Source of the DNA: Utricularia gibba
Taxonomy: Eukaryota > Plantae > Magnoliophyta
DNA length: 41,173 nucleotides
Direction of reading: 5' to 3'
Assembly: GCA_002189035.1 (NCBI GenBank)
Contig: NEEC01000146.1
Span: forward strand, 1-41,173
Shown here: positions 26,166 to 35,425 of the stretch, in pieces
How positions within the stretch are numbered: the first letter of the stretch is position 1
Layout of the letters: every line of letters starts with the position of its first letter
Made by a program: the position numbers and the translations under genes
Notes under the pieces: model-generated
Told to the model about the DNA's origin: nothing
Databases searched by the model: none
Seen by the model: the letters and a program-made list of their open reading frames with translations, nothing else

Positions 26166-28050
26166 CATTTGGGGTGGTCTTGAGATCCTCACTTCAATAA
26201 AGGTATCACGATTTTCGTCGAATGGGACCTTATTGTGCTGTGAAGTCAGACCGAACCTTGGGTCCGGACGAAGTTCCCAACAACAGCACCGCCAAAAAAC
26301 GACAACTTTTCCTTGAAAAAGCATGTAGGCAGCCGCCGAAAACCCAACGTTAATAAATGCATCACTTTTTTGGCCGGGCTACAAATGACTATGGGCCAGA
26401 GCGCGACTCGACCATTTGCTCGATACTAGTGCCAGCCTAGAGCACCTCGTCAAATATAAATCAGGTTGTTGAGAAAACCATTTGGGGCGCTCATGACATC
26501 ATAACTTCATTAAATGCATCACGATTTTCATCGAGTAGGACCCGATTGGGCTAAGGAGCCAGACCAACCTTGGGCCCTTACAAAGCTGCCAACGACAGCA
26601 CCCACCTTAAAACGGCAAGCTGTTGCTTGAAAAACCATGTGGGCAGCCGCCGACAACCCAACGTTAATAAATGCATCACTTCTTTTGACGGGCTACAGCT
26701 GACTTTGTCCCCCAAGCCCGACCCGAATTCCGGCCCGATCTGGTGACCCACAAAAGCGCCTTCTCAAGTTTAAAGCATGCTGTTGAAAAAAGCATTTGGG
26801 GTGGTCATGAGATCCTCACTTCAATAAAGGTATCACGATTTTCGTCGAATGGGACCTTATTGTGCTGTGAAGTCAGACCGAACCTTGGGTCCGGACGAAG
26901 TTCCCAACAACAGCACCCGCCAAAAAACGACAACTTTTCCTTGAAAAAGCATGTAGGCAGCCGCCGAAAACCCAACGTTAATAAATGCATCACTTTTTTG
27001 GCCGGGCTACAAATGACTATGGGCCAGAGCGCGACTCGACCATTTGCTCGATACTAGTGCCAGCCTAGAGCACCTCGTCAAATATAAATCAGGTTGTTGA
27101 GAAAACCATTTGGGGCGCTCATGACATCATAACTTCATTAAATGCATCACGATTTTCATCGAGTAGGACCCGATTGGGCTAAGGAGCCAGACCAAACCTT
27201 GGGCCCTTACAAAGCTGCCAACGACAGCACCCACCTTAAAACGGCAAGCTGTTGCTTGAAAAACCATGTGGGCAGCCGCCGACAACCCAACGTTAATAAA
27301 TGCATCACTTCTTTTGACGGGCTACAGCTGACTTTGTCCCCCAAGCCCGACCCGAATTCCGGCCCGATCTGGGTGACCCACAAAAGCGCCTTCTCAAGTG
27401 TATAGCATGCTGTTGAAAAAAGCATTTGGGGTGGTCTTGAGATCCTCACTTCAATAAAGGTATCACGATTTTCGTCGAATGGGACCTTATTGTGCTGTGA
27501 AGTCAGACCGAACCTTGGGTCCGGACGAAGTTCCCAACAACAGCACCCGCCAAAAAACGACAACTTTTCCTTGAAAAGCATGTAGGCAGCCGCCGAAAAC
27601 CCAACGTTAATAAATGCATCACTTTTTTGGCCGGGCTACAAATGACTATGGGCCAGAGCGCGACTCGACCATTTGCTCGATACTAGTGCCAGCCTAGAGC
27701 ACCTCGTCAAATATAAATCAGGTTGTTGAGAAAACCATTTGGGGCGCTCATGACATCATAACTCATTAAATGCATCACGATTTTCATCGAGTAGGACCCG
27801 ATTGGGCTAAGGAGCCAGACCAAACCTTGGGCCCTTACAAAGCTGCCAACGACAGCACCCACCTTAAAACGGCAAGCTGTTGCTTGAAAAACCATGTGGG
27901 CAGCCGCCGACAACCCAACGTTAATAAATGCATCACTTCTTTTGACGGGCTACAGCTGACTTTGTCCCCCAAGCCCGACCCGAATTCCGGCCCGATCTCG
28001 GTGACCCACAAAAGCGCCTTCTCAAGTGTATAGCATGCTGTTGAAAAAAG

Positions 28051-28207
28051 CATTTGGGGTGGTCTTGAGATCCTCACTTCAATAAAGGTATCACGATTTT
28101 CGTCGAATGGGACCTTATTGTGCTGTGAAGTCAGACCGAACCTTGGGTCCGGACGAAGTTCCCAACAACAGCACCCGCCAAAAAACGACAACTTTTCCTT
28201 GAAAAAG
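28051..28207 (+). repeat. Monomer a1 (157 bp, odd type)
   Basis: Colinear with b1; about 35 differences in 158 columns (~78% identity). About 46% GC by hand count. Confidence 0.93.
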
Positions 28208-28364
28208 CATGTAGGCAGCCGCCGAAAACCCAACGTTAATAAATGCATCACTTTTTTGGCCGGGCTACAAATGACTATGGGCCAGAGCGCGACTCGACCA
28301 TTTGCTCGATACTAGTGCCAGCCTAGAGCACCTCGTCAAATATAAATCAGGTTGTTGAGAAAAC
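28208..28364 (+). repeat. Monomer a2 (157 bp, even type)
   Basis: Colinear with b2 (~73% identity) and only about 50% identical to a1 in an ungapped alignment. Confidence 0.93.
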
Positions 28365-28522
28365 CATTTGGGGCGCTCATGACATCATAACTTCATTAAA
28401 TGCATCACGATTTTCATCGAGTAGGACCCGATTGGGCTAAGGAGCCAGACCAAACCTTGGGCCCTTACAAAGCTGCCAACGACAGCACCCACCTTAAAAC
28501 GGCAAGCTGTTGCTTGAAAAAC
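28365..28522 (+). repeat. Monomer b1 (158 bp, odd type)
   Basis: Paralog of a1; its first 50 bp are ~68% identical to the first 50 bp of b2. Confidence 0.93.
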
Positions 28523-28680
28523 CATGTGGGCAGCCGCCGACAACCCAACGTTAATAAATGCATCACTTCTTTTGACGGGCTACAGCTGACTTTGTCCCCC
28601 AAGCCCGACCCGAATTCCGGCCCGATCTCGGTGACCCACAAAAGCGCCTTCTCAAGTGTATAGCATGCTGTTGAAAAAAG
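28523..28680 (+). repeat. Monomer b2 (158 bp, even type; carries the single EcoRI site of the HOR)
   Basis: Paralog of a2; contains CCGAATTCCGG. About 52% GC by hand count. Confidence 0.93.
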
Positions 28681-30499
28681 CATTTGGGGTGGTCTTGAGA
28701 TCCTCACTTCAATAAAGGTATCACGATTTTCGTCGAATGGGACCTTATTGTGCTGTGAAGTCAGACCGAACCTTGGGTCCGGACGAAGTTCCCAACAACA
28801 GCACCCGCCAAAAAACGACAACTTTTCCTTGAAAAAGCATGTAGGCAGCCGCCGAAAACCCAACGTTAATAAATGCATCACTTTTTTGGCCGGGCTACAA
28901 ATGACTATGGGCCAGAGCGCGACTCGACCATTTGCTCGATACTAGTGCCAGCCTAGAGCACCTCGTCAAATATAAATCAGGTTGTTGAGAAAACCATTTG
29001 GGGCGCTCATGACATCATAACTTCATTAAATGCATCACGATTTTCATCGAGTAGGACCCGATTGGGCTAAGGAGCCAGACCAAACCTTGGGCCCTTACAA
29101 AGCTGCCAACGACAGCACCCACCTTAAAACGGCAAGCTGTTGCTTGAAAAACCATGTGGGCAGCCGCCGACAACCCAACGTTAATAAATGCATCACTTCT
29201 TTTGACGGGCTACAGCTGACTTTGTCCCCCAAGCCCGACCCGAATTCCGGCCCGATCTGGTGACCCACAAAAGCGCCTTCTCAAGTGTATAGCATGCTGT
29301 TGAAAAAAGCATTTGGGGTGGTCTTGAGATCCTCACTTCAATAAAGGTATCACGATTTTCGTCGAATGGGACCTTATTGTGCTGTGAAGTCAGACCGAAC
29401 CTTGGGTCCGGACGAAGTTCCCAACAACAGCACCCGCCAAAAAACGACAACTTTTCCTTGAAAAGCATGTAGGCAGCCGCCGAAAACCCAACGTTAATAA
29501 ATGCATCACTTTTTTGGCCGGGCTACAAATGACTATGGGCCAGAGCGCGACTCGACCATTTGCTCGATACTAGTGCCAGCCTAGAGCACCTCGTCAAATA
29601 TAAATCAGGTTGTTGAGAAAACCATTTGGGGCGCTCATGACATCATACTTCATTAAATGCATCACGATTTTCATCGAGTAGGACCCGATTGGGCTAAGGA
29701 GCCAGACCAAACCTTGGGCCCTTACAAAGCTGCCAACGACAGCACCCACCTTAAAACGGCAAGCTGTTGCTTGAAAAACCATGTGGGCAGCCGCCGACAA
29801 CCCAACGTTAATAAATGCATCACTTCTTTTGACGGGCTACAGCTGACTTTGTCCCCCAAGCCCGACCCGAATTCCGGCCCGATCTCGGTGACCCACAAAA
29901 GCGCCTTCTCAAGTGTATAGCATGCTGTTGAAAAAGCATTTGCTTGAGATCCTCACTTCAATAAAGGTATCACGATTTTCGTCGAATGGGACCTTATTGT
30001 GCTGTGAAGTCAGACCGAACCTTGGGTCCGGACGAAGTTCCCAACAACAGCACCCGCCAAAAAACGACAACTTTTCCTTGAAAAGCATGTAGGCAGCCGC
30101 CGAAAACCCAACGTTAATAAATGCATCACTTTTTTGGCCGGGCTACAAATGACTATGGGCCAGAGCGCGACTCGACCATTTGCTCGATACTAGTGCCAGC
30201 CTAGAGCACCTCGTCAAATATAAATCAGGTTGTTGAGAAAACCATTTGGGGCGCTCATGACATCATAACTTCATTAAATGCATCACGATTTTCATCGAGT
30301 AGGACCCGATTGGGCTAAGGAGCCAGACCAAACCTTGGGCCCTTACAAAGCTGCCAACGACAGCACCCACCTTAAAACGGCAAGCTGTTGCTTGAAAAAC
30401 CATGTGGGCAGCCGCCGACAACCCAACGTTAATAAATGCATCACTTCTTTTGACGGGCTACAGCTGACTTTGTCCCCCAAGCCCGACCGAATTCCGGCC

Positions 30500-30590
30500 A
30501 AACAAACGACAACATTTTGGTCCCTTGGTAAAAAGCATTGTAGGACCGAGCCGGACCGCAAAAAAACGACAACTTTTCCTTGAACGTTTA
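30500..30590 (+). repeat. Scrambled and shortened HOR junction (b2 tail and most of a1 missing)
   Basis: A45 start (29937) to A47 start (31026) is 1089 bp against 1260 expected. Two garbled copies of the a1 tail (AAACGACAAC...) follow GAATTCCGGCC. Confidence 0.75.
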
Positions 30591-33500
30591 ATAAATGCAT
30601 CACTTTTTTGGCCGGGCTACAAATGACTATGGGCCAGAGCGCGACTCGACCATTTGCTCGATACTAGTGCCAGCCTAGAGCACCTCGTCAAATATAAATC
30701 AGGTTGTTGAGAAAACCATTTGGGGCGCTCATGACATCATAACTTCATTAAATGCATCACGATTTTCATCGAGTAGGACCCGATTGGGCTAAGGAGCCAG
30801 ACCAAACCTTGGGCCCTTACAAAGCTGCCAACGACAGCACCCACCTTAAAACGGCAAGCTGTTGCTTGAAAAACCATGTGGGCAGCCGCCGACAACCCAA
30901 CGTTAATAAATGCATCACTTCTTTTGACGGGCTACAGCTGACTTTGTCCCCCAAGCCCGACCGAATTCCGGCCCGATCTGGGTGACCCACAAAAGCGCCT
31001 TCTCAAGGCATGCTGTTGAAAAAAGCATTTGGGGTGGTCTTGAGATCCTCACTTCAATAAAGGTATCACGATTTTCGTCGAATGGGACCTTATTGTGCTG
31101 TGAAGTCAGACCGAACCTTGGGTCCGGACGAAGTTCCCAACAACAGCACCCGCCAAAAAACGACAACTTTTCCTTGAAAAAGCATGTAGGCAGCCGCCGA
31201 AAACCCAACGTTAATAAATGCATCACTTTTTTGGCCGGGCTACAAATGACTATGGGCCAGAGCGCGACTCGACCATTTGCTCGATACTAGTGCCAGCCTA
31301 GAGCACCTCGTCAAATATAAATCAGGTTGTTGAGAAAACCATTTGGGGCGCTCATGACATCATAACTCATTAAATGCATCACGATTTTCATCGAGTAGGA
31401 CCCGATTGGGCTAAGGAGCCAGACCAAACCTTGGGCCCTTACAAAGCTGCCAACGACAGCACCCACCTTAAAACGGCAAGCTGTTGCTTGAAAAACCATG
31501 TGGGCAGCCGCCGACAACCCAACGTTAATAAATGCATCACTTCTTTTGACGGGCTACAGCTGACTTTGTCCCCCAAGCCCGACCCGAATTCCGGCCCGAT
31601 CTCGGTGACCCACAAAAGCGCCTTCTCAAGTGTATAGCATGCTGTTGAAAAAAGCATTTGGGGTGGTCTTGAGATCCTCACTTCAATAAAGGTATCACGA
31701 TTTTCGTCGAATGGGACCTTATTGTGCTGTGAAGTCAGACCGAACCTTGGGTCCGGACGAAGTTCCCAACAACAGCACCCGCCAAAAAACGACAACTTTT
31801 CCTTGAAAAGCATGTAGGCAGCCGCCGAAAACCCAACGTTAATAAATGCATCACTTTTTTGGCCGGGCTACAAATGACTATGGGCCAGAGCGCGACTCGA
31901 CCATTTGCTCGATACTAGTGCCAGCCTAGAGCACCTCGTCAAATATAAATCAGGTTGTTGAGAAAACCATTTGGGGCGCTCATGACATCATAACTCATTA
32001 AATGCATCACGATTTTCATCGAGTAGGACCCGATTGGGCTAAGGAGCCAGACCAAACCTTGGGCCCTTACAAAGCTGCCAACGACAGCACCCACCTTAAA
32101 ACGGCAAGCTGTTGCTTGAAAAACCATGTGGGCAGCCGCCGACAACCCAACGTTAATAAATGCATCACTTCTTTTGACGGGCTACAGCTGACTTTGTCCC
32201 CCAAGCCCGACCCGAATTCCGGCCCGATCTCGGTGACCCACAAAAGCGCCTTCTCAAGTGTATAGCATGCTGTTGAAAAAAGCATTTGGGGTGGTCTTGA
32301 GATCCTCACTTCAATAAAGGTATCACGATTTTCGTCGAATGGGACCTTATTGTGCTGTGAAGTCAGACCGAACCTTGGGTCCGGACGAAGTTCCCAACAA
32401 CAGCACCCGCCAAAAAACGACAACTTTTCCTTGAAAAGCATGTAGGCAGCCGCCGAAAACCCAACGTTAATAAATGCATCACTTTTTTGGCCGGGCTACA
32501 AATGACTATGGGCCAGAGCGCGACTCGACCATTTGCTCGATACTAGTGCCAGCCTAGAGCACCTCGTCAAATATAAATCAGGTTGTTGAGAAAACCATTT
32601 GGGGCGCTCATGACATCATAACTCATTAAATGCATCACGATTTTCATCGAGTAGGACCCGATTGGGCTAAGGAGCCAGACCAAACCTTGGGCCCTTACAA
32701 AGCTGCCAACGACAGCACCCACCTTAAAACGGCAAGCTGTTGCTTGAAAAACCATGTGGGCAGCCGCCGACAACCCAACGTTAATAAATGCATCACTTCT
32801 TTTGACGGGCTACAGCTGACTTTGTCCCCCAAGCCCGACCCGAATTCCGGCCCGATCTGGGTGACCCACAAAAGCGCCTTCTCAAGTGCATGCTGTTGAA
32901 AAAAGCATTTGGGGTGGTCTTGAGATCCTCACTTCAATAAAGGTATCACGATTTTCGTCGAATGGGACCTTATTGTGCTGTGAAGTCAGACCGAACCTTG
33001 GGTCCGGACGAAGTTCCCAACACAGCACCCGCCAAAAAACGACAACTTTTCCTTGAAAAGCATGTAGGCAGCCGCCGAAAACCCAACGTTAATAAATGCA
33101 TCACTTTTTTGGCCGGGCTACAAATGACTATGGGCCAGAGCGCGACTCGACCATTTGCTCGATACTAGTGCCAGCCTAGAGCACCTCGTCAAATATAAAT
33201 CAGGTTGTTGAGAAAACCATTTGGGGCGCTCATGACATCATAACATTAAATGCATCACGATTTTCATCGAGTAGGACCCGATTGGGCTAAGGAGCCAGAC
33301 CAAACCTTGGGCCCTTACAAAGCTGCCAACGACAGCACCCACCTTAAAACGGCAAGCTGTTGCTTGAAAAACCATGTGGGCAGCCGCCGACAACCCAACG
33401 TTAATAAATGCATCACTTCTTTTGACGGGCTACAGCTGACTTTGTCCCCCAAGCCCGACCCGAATTCCGGCCCGATCGGTGACCCACAAAAGCGCCTTCT

Positions 33501-35375
33501 CAAGTTATAGCATGCTGTTGAAAAAAGCATTTGGGGTGGTCTTGAGATCCTCACTTCAATAAAGGTATCACGATTTCGTCGAATGGGACCTTATTGTGCT
33601 GTGAAGTCAGACCGAACCTTGGGTCCGGACGAAGTTCCCAACAACAGCACCCGCCAAAAAACGACAACTTTTCCTTGAAAAGCATGTAGGCAGCCGCCGA
33701 AAACCCAACGTTAATAAATGCATCACTTTTTTGGCCGGGCTACAAATGACTATGGGCCAGAGCGCGACTCGACCATTTGCTCGATACTAGTGCCAGCCTA
33801 GAGCACCTCGTCAAATATAAATCAGGTTGTTGAGAAAACCATTTGGGGCGCTCATGACATCATAACTCATTAAATGCATCACGATTTTCATCGAGTAGGA
33901 CCCGATTGGGCTAAGGAGCCAGACCAAACCTTGGGCCCTTACAAAGCTGCCAACGACAGCACCCACCTTAAAACGGCAAGCTGTTGCTTGAAAAACCATG
34001 TGGGCAGCCGCCGACAACCCAACGTTAATAAATGCATCACTTCTTTTGACGGGCTACAGCTGACTTTGTCCCCCAAGCCCGACCCGAATTCCGGCCCGAA
34101 CCCACAAAAGCGCCTTCTCAAGTGTTAGCATGCTGTTGAAAAAAGCATTTGGGTGGTCTTGAGATCCTCACTTCAATAAAGGTATCACGATTTTCGTCGA
34201 ATGGGACCTTATTGTGCTGTGAAGTCAGACCGAACCTTGGGTCCGGACGAAGTTCCAACAACAGCACCCGCCAAAAAACGACAACTTTTCCTTGAAAAAG
34301 CATGTAGGCAGCCGCCGAAAACCCAACGTTAATAAATGCATCACTTTTTTGGCCGGGCTACAAATGACTATGGGCCAGAGCGCGACTCGACCATTTGCTC
34401 GATACTAGTGCCAGCCTAGAAAATATAAATCAAGAAAACCATTTGGGGCGCTCATGACATCATAACTTCATTAAATGCATCACGATTTTCATCGAGTAGG
34501 ACCCGATTGGGCTAAGGAGCCAGACCAAACCTTGGGCCCTTACAAAGCTGCCAACGACAGCACCCACCTTAAAACGGCAAGCTGTTGCTTGAAAAACCAT
34601 GTGGGCAGCCGCCGACAACCCAACGTTAATAAATGCATCACTTCTTTTGACGGGCTACAGCTGACTTTGTCCCCCAAGCCCGACCCGAATTCCGGCCCGA
34701 TCTCGGTGACCCACAAAAGCGCCTTCTCAAGTTATAGCATGCTGTTGAAAAAAGCATTTGGGGTGGTCTTGAGATCCTCACTTCAATAAAGGTATCACGA
34801 TTTTCGTCGAATGGGACCTTATTGTGCTGTGAAGTCAGACCGAACCTTGGGTCCGGACGAAGTTCCCAACAACAGCACCCGCCAAAAAACGACAACTTTT
34901 CCTTGAAAAGCATGTAGGCAGCCGCCGAAAACCCAACGTTAATAAATGCATCACTTTTTTGGCCGGGCTACAAATGACTATGGGCCAGAGCGCGACTCGA
35001 CCATTTGCTCGATACTAGTGCCAGCCTAGAGCACCTCGTCAAATATAAATCAGGTTGTTGAGAAAACCATTTGGGGCGCTCATGACATCATAACTCATTA
35101 AATGCATCACGATTTTCATCGAGTAGGACCCGATTGGGCTAAGGAGCCAGACCAAACCTTGGGCCCTTACAAAGCTGCCAACGACAGCACCCACCTTAAA
35201 ACGGCAAGCTGTTGCTTGAAAAACCATGTGGGCAGCCGCCGACAACCCAACGTTAATAAATGCATCACTTCTTTTGACGGGCTACAGCTGACTTTGTCCC
35301 CAAGCCCGACCGAATTCCGGCCCGATCTCGGTGACCCACAAAAGCGCCTTCTCAAGTGCATGCTGTTGAAAAAAG

Positions 35376-35425
35376 CATTTGAGATCGGTGAAATGGGACC
35401 CAAAGACAACGCCTTCTTGAAAAAG
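35376..35425 (+). repeat. Collapsed a1 monomer (50 bp instead of 157)
   Basis: Short a1 fragments in correct order: CATTT, GAGATC, AATGGGACC, GACAAC, CTTGAAAAAG. Confidence 0.75.

Larger units (their letters stand above)
28051..28680 (+). repeat. Reference copy of the 630-bp tetrameric HOR (right subfamily): a1-a2-b1-b2
   Basis: Monomer starts at 28051 (CATTTGGGGTGG), 28208 (CATGTAGGCAGCC), 28365 (CATTTGGGGCGC) and 28523 (CATGTGGGCAGCC); the next HOR starts at 28681. Every monomer ends in (T/G)GA(A/G)AAAA(G/C) and carries an A(A/T)TAAA(T/G)G(C/T)ATCAC core at positions 31-44. Confidence 0.97.

Noticed and set aside
28045-28065. Resemblance of AAAAGCATTTGGGGTGGT to a short stretch of maize CentC as I recall it
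   Set aside because: Only about a dozen bases match from memory, and I could not extend the match over the monomer. It is not enough to assign a family.
28235-28250. AATAAA as a polyadenylation signal or promoter-like element
   Set aside because: It is part of the repeated monomer core, with no gene context and no evidence of transcription from sequence alone.
28355-28470. Possible internal sub-repeat inside the monomer (AAAACCATTTGGGGCG versus CAAACCTTGGGCCC about 90 bp later)
   Set aside because: The similarity is short, is not evenly spaced within 157 bp and does not extend, so it cannot be separated from chance.
28051-28680. Many 6-8-bp palindromes (ATGCAT, AACGTT, GAATTC, CAGCTG, GGGCCC, TCCGGA, AGCATGCT) as possible dyad or cruciform enrichment
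   Set aside because: About a dozen 6-bp palindromes per 630 bp is close to the roughly 10 expected by chance, and I found no long stem. A formal shuffle test was not run.
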